Positions 24,673 to 38,100 of a stretch of DNA of 64,000 nucleotides are shown here, piece after piece. This DNA comes from Adineta vaga. Lineage: Eukaryota > Animalia > Rotifera. A model generated the notes under the pieces. It was not told the origin of the DNA. It did no database searches and was given only the letters and a program-made list of their open reading frames with translations. Position 1 is the first letter of the stretch. Each line of letters opens with the position of its first letter. The stretch spans positions 12,834,001 to 12,898,000 of the forward strand of contig CP075493.1 in NCBI GenBank assembly GCA_021613535.1, read 5' to 3'. A program made the position numbers and the translations under genes.

Positions 24673-25394
24673 ATGACTATTTTTGATTTTTGTCATGATT
24701 TATCTATAATAGATAAGAGTTATTTTACTGTTTAGTTTTGAAAAGAAATGATGATATATTTTAACAATTATTCAATTAAGTTTATATTTTGAGAAATAAA
24801 CAATTCGGGATAAATGAGAACAAGAAATATATATGAAAAAGAAAGACACTGATTGGTTGAATGGACAACAAGGAGATAACTACATATCAAACCTATGTCA
24901 GCAACGAATTTCAATATCTTCTACATGTGGATGATTATAGCACTTTTAATGAAGATGAACATTCTTATACACCGGAGTGACAAAATGAAGCATCACGGAT
25001 GTACAATTCATTTGTTCATCAAGCGTTTACATATTAATCTGCGGTGATGTATTAGATACTGATGGTTATTGTCTATGAATTTCATGGTGATTCAAAGAAA
25101 CAAATATAGATATGCTTATATTAATTTACAATTAACATCCTATATCAGTGATATTTTAATGTATGTATCAAGTTTTCTTTTTCGAACAATTCAATTAATC
25201 AACGTCTTTATTTATTTATTCACATTCTTCAATATTCTGCCAAAGAAGTATTATCATTTTCAATGAGATTTTTCTTTTGTTTTCATATCATTTTCGTGTC
25301 TATTTCATTTGTAATTTATTTCCAAACTGCCAGAATGTTCAAGTTTGTTAAACACAGCACAAATCTTATTATGTAGACCATTCTGTTTCAGTTT

Positions 25395-25926
25395 GGGAAA
25401 GCGACAACTGGTCGAAAGAAAATTAGTCGACACAAAGATTGGTCGTATATGAAATAGAACTGTATTATGGTTAATTGATTAACAAAATTTGACGCAGGGA
25501 AACACACAAAAGTTGACAATTAACTATGACTCATAAGTTATGCGCAAGTCCTCTATATTTATTTAAGTAATGTTCAATGTGAGGGGACCATAAGATCCTT
25601 TAAGTTCTTGTTACAAATCAAATATTCTTCTGGCTGAATCAGGTTTAGCAGCTTTAATTTTAACAAGCGAGCGGGATATAATCTTTCTTTTGACAATAAA
25701 CCTCCTTTTAAAAATATCCGAATAAGTTTATGAAATCTGACTATCTAATCATTAGATTTTCAAGGACTTGGTTGAATTCTGCATCCTTCTTCCTTTCTTT
25801 CAACAAATTAAACAATATAATGTTTCAGATCGCTTCGTTAAATTAATTAAGACTTAAACAGACTATTATTGTATTCGACTAATTATCGTATCGACTAATT
25901 TTCTTTCGACCAGTTGTCGTATACCC
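25395..25926. mobile_element. Non-autonomous TIR element (MITE, superfamily uncertain)
   Basis: About 36-bp TIR, ggg....cgacaactggtcgaaagaaaattagtcga and its reverse complement at 25891-25926, with subterminal tcgactaatt repeats. No clear TSD. Confidence 0.75.
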
Positions 25927-26309
25927 CAGGAATATACATCAAAACTAATAGTATTCAACTATTTACGTATGATTGGAAATAAATAAAAGTATATGTTCGT
26001 CAAAAATGTAAAGCTATCAATGTTAACTGTGTGTTTTACCGAGCGTGTTTATAGGAAAATAATTTTGAATAAAAAAGAAGATGACAATATTCTTTTATGA
26101 TTAATCGCTCTCTCAAATAATATTCTTTCTAAAAGGTGAATGTTATTTTAAATATATGAAGAGTCAAATAGTGTGCGGAAGAACATATGTGTTGAATAAA
26201 TATCCATAATTTTCCATAATCAACAGCAGCTTCATATTTTTCTAAAAGAGATAGAATAAGTTACGTTACAAATTATAAAAATTGGTTTATAGTTCATTTG
26301 GGAACTGTT

Positions 26310-27305
26310 TCATCGTCTCTGTGTTATTGTAACAATATCAGTTCGAAGCTGTTGATCGATCGAACTATGAGGTTGCACTCGTACAGGTCTTATGCATAGT
26401 AATGAAACTTGCATTTCGATAGTTAAATACTTCCATACTTTGCCTGTGAATATTAAATTAAGTAACATCCATATACCATAACCAAATGAAAGTGAAACAA
26501 AACTGACTCGTTGTGCATAAGGTAACGATTCTGCCGTTGGAAAAAATTGAGCTCGAAGAAAGAAAAATAAGTATGGAAAACTCATAAAGGATATGACAAT
26601 GGCAATGGCTAGAAGACGACGAATAAAACGAAGTTCACGACGTTGACGAAGTTGATTAGCAACACTTTGATGCATGTTCGTTGCAATAAACCGTTGTTTT
26701 GCAAAGTGTACAATTCGAATATAAATTGAAATAATGATGGTAGCTGGACAAAAATAGATAAACATCGATAAATATAGAAAAATGGTCAGATCATTCAATG
26801 ATGCCTAAAATCAAGATCAAGATGAATTCATTGAAATTCTATGATTTACCTGACAAATACGACTACCTGGTTGATAAACAATTCGACCGAGTATCAAAGC
26901 TGGAATACCAAATGTAATCGAAAGTAACCATTGAAAAATTGTAATACACACTATAACTTGTTTTGATCGTAGATAACGTTGTGCTGCAAAAACAACAACA
27001 AATAGACGATGAACGGTTTGAACACACAGTGTCTGATACAAAAGACCAGATGCAGCATGAAGAAGAAAACCTCGAAATGAGCATAGTATATCATTTCCAT
27101 CAGTTGTTAGTTGATAGATTGCTTGACAAGCACAAGTGATATTAATGATTAGTCCTGCAATTGCTGAATTGAAAGCAAGCATAATGGTGATTGTGTGAAA
27201 TTGATGGTGAAAGAGCACGATAATGATAAAAATAAGAGCACAAATAGTACCCAGAGTACTACATAAAACCATGCAAAGAGATGATGTGATATCTAGAATA
27301 TCCAT
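26310..27305 (-). CDS. Rhodopsin-like 7TM GPCR (intact copy)
   Basis: Two exons with intron 26805-26849. Seven hydrophobic segments, TM3 Cys, QTVHRL (DRY-equivalent) and FPY in TM6. Confidence 0.85.
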
Positions 27306-27400
27306 ACTTCAATCTAGAATCGTCACATATATGTATATGTAACTCACAAGTAGAAGAATAAATGACAGAATGACATAGAAAATCAAGTCAAAATTATTAA

Positions 27401-27653
27401 CCCTTTCGGGACCGGTGAAGCTTTAAAGCATCAATGAAATTTTACATGATCTGAGGCAAGTGAATCGGAATTTTTTTCCAGTTTTCTTCGAAGTAATAAA
27501 GAGAGATAAAGATACAGGTCATAACACAAACGTGTAAAATAAAGCAACCGTAACGTTTACTTCGAAGAGAACCGGAAAAAAATGTCAATTCACTTGCCTC
27601 AGATCATGCAAAAATTTCAATGACGTTTTAAAGCGTCACCAGTCCCGAAAGGG
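27401..27653. mobile_element. piggyBac-type MITE
   Basis: TTAA|CCCTTTCGGGAC...GTCCCGAAAGGG|TTAA with about 95-bp imperfect inverted arms. Confidence 0.9.
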
Positions 27654-28607
27654 TTAATCTTTAATAAGGACAAAATCTTTGAGAGAATGAATCTGTCAAA
27701 ATGATAAGATTTTGCAGTGAATAAATGACAATGCATTTTACAGGATTATTTTATATTATAATTGTGATAACCGTCGAACATCTTGTTAGCGTTATTTAGT
27801 AGAACCTTTTTATAAAGCATACCGTATTCTTGTAATGAATTTGGTCAGGTTGAGAGGAAAAAAAGAAAAAGGCTTAAATTTCTTTTTTTCTTAAAGCACT
27901 TGGAAGATTAGATTAACCGAATGTCAACTCAGCCTAATACGTTGATTAACTCCTTAAGGTGCGGCCTTGGTATACGTCAGAATGGCATAGAAAACGAGTA
28001 CAATTGACATGACACATGGTAATACATTCATATTAATAATAGTGAACATCGTTATGATCGATTTGAAAAAGTGCTATATAAGACAATTAAGATTAGACTG
28101 TTTGGAAGTTAAGACATCATTCACCGTTAGAGATCGACAAGTTTATTGATATAAACCTTTTTAGATGTTGCTAGTTCAAAGATATATTGGAGACAACAAC
28201 CGATGAAGTTATGTTTCAACAACTTCTAGTTTTACCCACACGTCTCAAGATGGCAAAAAACATCAAGAATTAAAAGCTTTGAATTTAGATTTGTTAGCCA
28301 TATCATTATTATCGATAGCTTAACGGAAATTTAGACATGCTGATACATTATTCTAGATTAATTGATAGTCTTGACATTGTGAATGTCAGACAAAATATGT
28401 ATCCTTACACAAACACTCAGTCTAAATACATTTTACCAATCCTATAACATATTGCAGTGTTCTGTTGCCTTCGCTTGTACATTTAAAAGCGTTTAAAGAG
28501 TAAACACAACATCATAAGATGGTTACTAACAAAAGTTTTGCGTTCGTGTTGTTATGAATTTTATGTAGCATTTCTTTAAAAATTTTTCTTTCACTGTGAT
28601 TTTTCAT

Positions 28608-29599
28608 ATGCCCATGGAATTGTATCGTCGTCCAATATTTACCTATTCTATCATACTTGTCTTATTAACCATTCAACCATTGGTTCATGTATGGTATCAA
28701 ACTAGTACGATATGTACTCATTATATAACAACATTAGCACCTGAGAATTTTGTTAATCAAACAGATATTATTAATTTAAATACACGAATTTTTTGTTGGA
28801 TTCCAACGACACTTCGACGACTCGATCGAGCATTGATCGTGTACGAGTGAGTAAATGAGAATTTCATTTACACATGTTTTTATCTTTCAAATTCAGAACA
28901 TGGGCTCAACGATGTGATCAATCGCTCTTTCTCATTGCTGGTTCACCACCATCAACTCCTCTGAATCAAATAGCATATCCTTTTCCTATTGCTTTCATTG
29001 CCAATGAAAAACTTGAAGAACGTGATCAGTTATCAGAAAAAATCCTTCTCGCATTACTTTATATCTACAATCAATATTGTGAGAAATATGATTGGTTTCT
29101 CAAAGGTGATGACGATACATTTGTTATTGTTGAGAATCTTCGTTATTTTCTTCGACGTCGTTCATCGAATATCTCTGCCTACTATGGTTATGTAGGAAGA
29201 ACACCCGATCGATTTTATGCGTTGGGAGGAGCCGGATATGTATTAAGCCAAGAAGCATTACGTAAATTTGGCCGAGAAGTTCTCAACAAACCTGAACAAC
29301 GAAATTTATGTCGTACGGATGTAGCAGAGGATATTAATCTAGCTGCTTGTCTATCACGAATTGGCATCTCTGTACTCAATCTACGTGATCAACAACGGCT
29401 AGAAACGTTTCATTCAATGTCGTTTGAATCACATTATCTAGCCAATACTACTCGCTGGAGCGAACAGCAAGGAAAACTTGTTTATGAAAAAGGCGACCAA
29501 TGCTGTTCACCATGGTCAATTTCTTTTCATAGTCTCTCACCAGAACATATGCGTATGATGTATTTTTTATTATATCGATTACAAAAAGCATTGATTTGA
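28608..29599 (+). CDS. C1GALT1: Glycoprotein-N-acetylgalactosamine 3-beta-galactosyltransferase-like (GT31, core 1 synthase)
   Basis: N-terminal TM, RIFCWIPT, TWAQRCD, YDWFLKGDDDTFVIVENLR, GGAGYVLS, ED, CCS..ISFH. One intron near 28847-28896. Confidence 0.88.
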
Positions 29600-29640
29600 T
29601 TGAAATAAACACACACACATACACACACAATCATCCATTC

Positions 29641-31335
29641 TCATCGTTTTCTAAGCCTAACATTAATAGCATCTGGTTGAATAAGAAATGTTTCATGATG
29701 TTTAAATCCTTTTCCGATATCTTCACCAGGTAATATAATGTAACGTCGAAGTAACTGAGATAAACACATTTTTAGTTCCATAAAAGCAAAACGTATTCCT
29801 AAACAACTTCGAGGACCAGCCCCAAATGACATATAAGCCATTGGATGTCGTTTTGTATTATGACGTTCGGGTATGAAAAGATATGGATCTTCTGGTCCCC
29901 ACAAATCACGATCATAATGAATGGTAAGAACATCTGGTTGAATAATGGCACCTATATAAAGAGAAAACTAAATTATAGAAAAATCTTTCGAAGAATAAGA
30001 AATATAGACCTTGTTTAATCTGATGACCATAGATAGTAGTTGTTGTATTGCATTCTCTCTTTGCAGCTGCTATAGCAATTGGATACATCCGAAGAACTTC
30101 TCGGATAAATATGTCCATGTAATTCATGTTCATAACAATATCATAGGTGAGTTGATTCTTATCAACCCATTCTTGTTCATCAATTTCTGCCTGTAGTTTC
30201 TTCTGAATGTTACTATCAGTAGCTAATATATATGTGCATGAAGCTAATGCTGTCGAGACTGAATCATAGCCAGCAATCATGAACAATAACATATTGGCAC
30301 TTACTTCTTCTTCATATAGTTTTTTCGAGTCTAGTAATTCGTTATTCACATTATCTTCTACTTTACTTTTGTCACCTTTTGTTGCGTCAAGCATTAACTG
30401 TAGTAAATCATGTTGGACCTGTTTACTATTGATGTCATTTGTTTTCTTTCGAGTGCTAATAATAGTTTCAACTTGATTAAGTATCCATAATGCTGGAACA
30501 CCTTCAAGTTGAGGTAAGAACAATGTTGGTAGTATTGCACGAATAATTTTACCCAAAAACATTTGTCCCCTCATGAGAAGGAGTAGAAATGGAATGAGTA
30601 TTGGCATTAGATTACCTAGTTTGGTCATAGGTAACCTTTCCGGATTATCATCAACTGCTAATTTACATTTATGTAAGAAAACATTGTTAATATCATTCTG
30701 CATATCTGTATTCATTCCAAAAGCACAATGACCTAGAAATAATATTCTTCACAGATATAAATTATACGAAAGATATATTTACAAATGACATCCATTGTTA
30801 ATCGTCGGTACATCTCATAAATATTGAATTGTTCTCTCTTTGCTTCTATGATTTTTAATTTATCTATAAGTGAATGAATACAATGATTGATGAGTGGTGA
30901 CATCAGTTTGAGTTTAGCTGCAGAAAATGTTGGACTGATAACATGTCGTTGTCGACGCCAGGTTGATCCGCTTGCACCAAACATATGAATTTGATGGCCT
31001 CGCACATTTTTCATAAGGAAAGGAACTGAACGTTCGTTAAACAATGGAAATTGTTTGATATAAACTTCGTGAAGAAAATCTACATTAGATACGACGTACA
31101 TTGGTCGTGTTCCTTCGAATAAGCCATAGATCGAACCGTACTGTTGAGTCCATCGTCGTAATTGTTCACTCAAATCCGACAGTGACCAAAGAGTACGATA
31201 ATGACCGAAGAAAAAAAGCGGTCGTGGACCTGGCAAACCGCGTTCTTTGAAATAACTGTAATGAGATTTGAGAGTCCACATGTACCCAAGAATAAGACCC
31301 ATGATGATCGTCAGAAGAACGATAGTAAGTAGCAT
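29641..31335 (-). CDS. Cytochrome P450, CYP3 clan
   Basis: Membrane anchor plus PGP, WRRQR, I-helix AGYDS, EVLR, PER and heme motif FGAGPRSCLG. Two introns join the three ORFs. Confidence 0.92.
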
Positions 31336-31862
31336 CTTGATCGCGCGTAACTATTGATTATAATAATAACACGTAGTCAGAGAACGAACGAAGATATTCT
31401 TCGGTTTTTTTTCGTTCTGTAAACATGACTTTTTTGTGTTTCATGTGAAGTAGTAATTATTTCTCGTTCTATTCACTCTCTTTACTACCAGTTCATATTT
31501 TATAAGAGCATATACTAGTACGGTTAAGTACATGGATGGTTATTCATTCATCCTTTGTGCATGATATTGATTCATAATGATTTGAATAATACGTAAAGGG
31601 AACATAAATTGTCATGTCTTTCAACAAAATAACTATTAAATCGATGAAATTGTTTTTATTTGAAAGAGAAACCCTTTCTATACAACTTAGTATTTTGCAT
31701 TTTTATATGTTTTACTCAGAAAGTTACCCATTGAAATACGCTGCATGACGATATCATGTATTTACTCATATTCGATGCGGGTACGAATGATGAAAGAGAC
31801 CACACCCACATCCTCCTGATTTTCATACTAAAAATTTTTTATTAAAAAAATGTTCGTGAAAT

Positions 31863-34626
31863 TTATTGTTCCCATCTGGTACGCGAGTTTCTAAAGACTG
31901 CCACCATACCGACTGGTATAGATGTTGGCTCGACGATGAGAAGACTACCATATTTTTTTACCATTTCCTCATGATGTAAAGTAATCAACCATTTCCAATA
32001 GCAACTCAGTCCTTGCCAACTATCTGCTAACGAAGATCCAAAAGCTTCAATACCATTACCAATGATAGAAAGAGCAGCCGTAATCTCTGGAGTATTATTT
32101 AAATCGACTGAAATAGGTCGAGTGAGAAGTGTGTCAAAAGCAGTCAGCCATATTGGTGAACGTTCTTCCCTACATTTGATAAATTCATCGAAACTAAAAA
32201 AGGTTCTGATTGTGAAATCTGTGTCGTATATTGCTGTTGTTCGAAAGTTGTTCCATCTTCCCATAATCGTTTTGCATTTTCATAATCGTCACGTTCGCAT
32301 TTCTTTGCATATTCTACTATTTGATCTGGATCGTCAGGTAAATCTTCCCTCATAGCTAACAGTTCAACAAAAACATCTTTGATCTGTAATCCACCAGCAG
32401 CAGTTGGCCAAACATACCATCCTACAGGAATCTCATTAACTCCGAATTTTTCCGTAAGAATCGGTGCAACTGTTTCAATGAGATTTCCTTTCGTGTTAGA
32501 GAACAATGTTCTATGGATTCTAGCTATAGCATCAATGACGCCATCGATATGTCCACGGCCATAAACCTTAGCAGGACTACCAAAATTTCGAATAAAAAAG
32601 GCCATATATTTATTGTAAGCTTGTGTCCATGCAAATATAGAATTTGTTGCAGCTAGTTGGCGTTGCATTTCAGTTATATGTTCATCCACCATAACGAGAT
32701 CAATCACCAATTTACCTCCGTATGTTGCATCCATCTTAAGGAGACCCTAACGTATATCACCTTTTGGTAAATCGGGATGCAATTGATCTTTATCACCAAT
32801 ATGCTTAGTTCCTGTTTTTGTTGCATTAAATTTCAATCCACTTAAAGTAGCAAAATCATTCATCGCCTTCCATGCTTCGGCACAACGAAGAGATTGAGAG
32901 TCTAGAAACCAAAAGTCGTCATGAATACGATAGAGAAATATACCATTCGTTTTTCGATTAACAGTATAATCCATAACAAAGAGTACTGCTTCTCCGCAAA
33001 AGGCGCTCAGAGAATGTGCCACAGGTGTTCCACGTTTTCGAATTCGCGGTGCATCTGCTGGAGTAGACTTGTATGCTGCTGGATCAGCTAAGTAACTGTT
33101 CATCGAACCAGTAAATTTGAGAGGACAAGCTAAAAAGGCTTCAATGAATTGTAAGTCGGATTGAGAAACTCCAAAGAATTTGAGAATGGTTAATATCGAT
33201 TTATGAGCAAGAGAAGGACCAAACCATTCCAAGTCGGTTCGAACAATAGTACATTGATCATGCAAAGCTCGATTTAAGAGTGCATCAGTACATACAATAT
33301 GTAATAGAGATTGTTTAAGATCTACTGGAGTATTGAAACGAAGTCCATATTGTGTAGACGCTGTCAACCGTTGCTGGCGTCTACTATTGGTACCTGCTAT
33401 TCCTTCGTCATCTTCACCATCATCATCATACTGATTGAAAGACTCAACGCTACTTGGCAGCTGACACATAAAATAGTACGATTGCTGAAAATTTCGTCGT
33501 CTCTGTTCAATTGATTCGTAACCATTGTAATGATTAAGAAATGTTGTTAATCGTGCAATGTCTAATTTAGTAAGACTCGAAGGAGTTGTTGCCCATGCTC
33601 GTGAATTACGAAAATCTAAGAGAGCTGTTTTCAATTCTATTGACCATTTTATACCAATATATTGAAGGAGTAGAGTAGTAAGTAGTTCACCATCAAGATA
33701 AAAACGAACTTTACCATTTAAAGCTTTTCTTGGTTCTGCTGGAACTCCTTCTTTTGGCCAATGCCAAGTTTGAAGTGAGCTGAGTTGCATATTGAGTACA
33801 CTTACTAGCTCTTTGATGATTGTCGGATTCTCTGCAAATTCCTTCAGTGTTGTCTGCTTGACATCAGAAAGAAGATCAGCAGCCAACAAAGTTCTAATAC
33901 ACCATTCCATATCGTACTCACTGATTGTAGTACGTCGGAGATTATCTCCAAAAGATGCAAGACGTATTCGCAATGATGATAGTGCAGCTTGTGCGTCTTC
34001 ATCACTAAAGAGATCTTTCAGATACCTTTCCAGTGCATCAATATCGATTTCTTTTTCTTGAAATATGATCGATTCGAGCTGTGCTTTTTGTTCCACGGTA
34101 TCATTTAGACTAAGTTTCTCAAAATCTTCTTGATCAATAGTCTTTGGCATTCGGACTAGTTTGGACATCATTTATTCCATTACCATGAGATGAAGACGTT
34201 AGCCAATCAGTGAGTAAATTACTAAACAATTTTCCATAAGCATACTGAGTGATTTCATGATTGATTCGATCCGTCAATTTTTGAGCACAATTCTCTAGCA
34301 ATGATTGAGAAAAACCTGGATCTCGTTTTGCCTATGGTAAACAAAGGCAGATGCTACACAATGAATATCAGTTATAAACATACCTGGTGTAACCAACGTT
34401 GAATATTGGTAAGATTAAGATTCCCTTCTGACATACGAAATCCAGTCCATGATGCAATACCTGCGACAAGAATCGTCACTTTCTGTATAAGATCATTGTC
34501 ATGTTGTTGTGCATCTGCCAACAATTTCGATGCATATTGTGCAAAAGCTTTACGACGCTTTTCTAGTTCTTGCAATTTAACATTTGTAACAAATTGAAGT
34601 GTTTCACTGAACGCTGCTGATGACAT
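31863..34626 (-). pseudogene. rvt: rvt reverse transcriptase-related cellular gene, three disabling lesions
   Basis: N-terminus FSETLQFVTNVKLQELEKRR; intron 34332-34383; ALNGKVRFYLD, VRTDLEWFGPSL, RGTPVAH, YRIHDDFWF; C-terminal YWKW...IPVGMV...RWEQ. Lesions: frameshift near 34140-34180, TAG at 32747-32749 in place of Trp, and a 1-nt deletion at 32196-32201. Confidence 0.88.
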
Positions 34627-35196
34627 GACACTTTTCTTCAAGAAAAATTGAAAGACTTACTGAATTGTACTGTTTGATTTGTGTGTTCTAAACTGAGTGC
34701 TTTTTCGTCGTTCCACACGTGTCTTTTATACGTAGTAAAGAGTATTGCACAACGAATATGACTTTTCTTATCGATACTGAATAAAAAAATAAAAACTGGA
34801 AAATTTTGTTTTCGTTGTACTGACGTTACATCCACGCCTATACATGCTCGCAAAATTTATTATTATATATGCGTGGCATGTGAAATGTCGTTAAATTATA
34901 TATTAGAAACTTATAATTCGAAATTAATTGATATTTGAATCACTTTTTTAAAATTCTATAATACATTTTCATGCGATTCTCGTACTAAGAGAACGTCTAC
35001 TCATTTTCTGGTACTGTTTTCTCTCTAAATGGTTTGTTCACACTCAACCATTGAGATGTATTGAATGGCTTGTTTATATACTTAAAATAATATTCAAAAT
35101 ATAACTTGTATTCCTTTTGTTTTTCTCTTATTTTAAAATCAACTTATCTCAATCGAAATATGTTTATTTCAAGAAATATATAGAATCCTTTGCTGA

Positions 35197-38100
35197 CTAA
35201 CAACCTTTGAAACAACACCAATTTGGACCAGTCATTGTAGAATAACTACATCCACCGCCAGAATTACAATAACCTGTAGAAAAACTAGGATTGCAACCAT
35301 AAGGAAATTGTCCAAGACATCTATTATCACATGAAACTGGTACAGGTGCTTCCGTTGATGTTGATACAGTTGTTACAGTTGCAACAGTTGTTTGTTGGTT
35401 ACAACCTTTGAAGCAACACCAATTTGGATCGTTGGTAGTAGCATAAGTACAACCACCTCCTGCATTGCAATATCCAGTTTGAAAGCCTGAATTACAACCA
35501 TATGGATATTGACCCTTGCATCTATCATCACAATCGTTTGTTATCGGTGGAATTGTAGCAGGTACAATTGTACTGGAATTCGTTCCAGCTGAACATTTAA
35601 TTCCTGAAATAATACCAGGACTATGACCTCTTTGTGTTCCGGTTTTTAAAAAGCAAATAACAGACAAAACCCATGAAGTGCATGATGGATTTGCATTGCA
35701 TGCAGCACAGCAAGCTTTTGGATCTGATGTTTGAATAACTGCAAGATTTCCTCCGATAATATCACTATCGGTGAAATAATAACATCCGTTGAGACAAGTA
35801 GGTGCTGGCTCTGTTTCTGGGGGTGGTGGTGTTGTTGTATCACATCTATCGCCATACCAACCATCTATACAAACACATGGTTTCTTTGAAACAAGTAACT
35901 TTCCACCAAGATATTGTGCAGCACAATTACCATTGACACATCCAGCAGCAGTACAAGTATCAATAGTACAAGTTGCACCAGAAAATCCGGGATTGCACAA
36001 ACATTCACCAGTGGCACAATCACAATATCCATTTGTACAACCATTTGGGCATTTGTTTGGACAATCCTCGACATTACTTACTTTTGGTTGAGATCGACAA
36101 TCAACAGCGGCCATATTTGGGAAAGAAGTGCAAGCTCCTCTTCCCTTGACTTTAAGATAATCGTCTCCCGACCAAATGTATCTATACAGAAACGAGTTCA
36201 TCAAACAAAAGTAACTGATTTCTCGAAAAACTCACCTTCGATCATGTTGAGAATGGACTGGATTGGACAGTTTCGACCAACAACAACAAGATCAATTTCA
36301 TCTCGTTTCCAACGATTTCCAAAAACAGGATCAGAAAATTCAATAATCCAATCAGACGACACACTTCCTCCATCAACCATTGATAATCTAAATTTGTGAT
36401 TCAAACCAGGTATCACAGTAGCACTATAACCTTGTTTTCTATCACCAATTTGAAAAAATTGCAAAGTAACTGAACTTATAAGATTACCATATTGCCAAAG
36501 CTCCAATTTCATATCTTGATAATTTGCAGAATTTTGATTAAATGAAAATATCTAAAACTGAATCCAAAAAGAATATGAAAAAAAACAAACAAAAGCATTG
36601 TACCTCAAGTCGACGAACAGGTTTCTTGCAGAAAATAGCACCTAATATATCAATCAATAAATTCGTTTATAAACTTAGTTGAACTTCTTTTTAAACATAC
36701 CTCCATCATATTTTCTTGCAAATTTATTAGCATCTTGTCCTAAAAGATTAGCCACAGCATCTGATTTCAAACAGGATACACCATTATCCAATGCTAATAG
36801 ATAAGTCCTTAAACAAAGATTCCATAAAAGTAACATGTTTTGAAAGAAAGAAAAACATTCTACCAATATGGATTGACTATGGAACAAAATCCAGCTGGAA
36901 ATAATTTATTTCCGGCTAGATTTTTCTCATCATCAGGTCCTAATGTAAACATAGCTCCATTATTTGGTCCCCATTTTAACACGGAAGAATCATCTGAAAT
37001 AACACCAGTCCATTTCATATTGACAAACACATAGGTTGGCATGCAAAGTACTAGATAAACGAGATCGTGTTTTGTAGACAAGAATAGTTGAAAAAACATT
37101 AGTTACCTCCAGTTACTCCAATTTGACAATGATGACTGGATTCAAAATGAATTCGATTATTAAAAACCATATTTTCCAGAATGAATGCACCATGACCGCC
37201 AGGTAGAGCCAAATTACCTGATTCATAAAACGAATCAGCCATATGAGCAGAGCAACCATCTTGAAAATTCTTTGTTTCTTTCCAATAAATCAAATTTTGA
37301 TTGTTAATACTTGTATGATATCGATATTGTAAATCTCCAGCATTGTATTGACCGACAAAAACATTATCATAATCGATATTATGCATAAATGTGGCCGGTA
37401 ATCCATTGTCTTCACCATTTGTAGTCCATTCTTTGCATGTGGTTAACGTTGGTAAACCATTTTTATCAAGCGATCGATCAGTTCTCTTCGGAAAAACACT
37501 AGCCAATACATATGTACCAAATCTACCACAACCATGAAATGTATTTCCTTCCAATCTTCCAATTTGTTGAAAACTTGGACATTCCAAACCATTGACATGA
37601 CCGCGTCCACCACCGAATCCTTGTTCTTGATATAACATACCATTGTAATTATTAGCAAAACGATTTCCAATAACATAGTTCGTAAAACTTAAACCCCATA
37701 AACCAGCTTGATTCAATGTTGTATCAGCTTGACCATTATCAGTACCTTCGAAAGAAGCAAAACTCTATCTAAATCTTTCAATCACAAAAAAATAAATCTC
37801 ACCTGGTATAGTACATCCTTTCTTTTCGCCAGATTTTGGCCATGGACATATTCCCACATTATAAAATATGCGATTATACATTTCATTTCCATCTTCAATA
37901 TATATCAGTGCACCACGAATATCATTGTAAACATTATTCTCTACAGTAGCTAAATGTGTTCCATGAATAGTAGTACCTCGTTGATGACCATATTCAATTG
38001 CATTACCAATAATTTTGCAATCAGGACATTTCGTCACTAAATGTAGATGAACACAATATTTTCCTAAAATACCACGTTGACCACATTTCTCAATTCTTGT

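Noticed and set aside
34152-34185. 28-nt GT-AG intron that would repair the first rvt frameshift
   Set aside because: Much shorter than every other intron in the window (45 nt or more). It cannot be excluded without RNA data.
31863-34626. RT as a retron, group II intron, DGR or retrotransposon
   Set aside because: The HDD motif and terminal domains match rvt, and it has a spliceosomal intron. No associated ncRNA, repeats, endonuclease or integrase is visible.
35646-36399. Overlapping and antisense ORFs over the G8 gene (similar ones over the rvt, ART, FG-GAP and galaxin-like genes)
   Set aside because: Shadow frames of real coding exons with no independent motifs.
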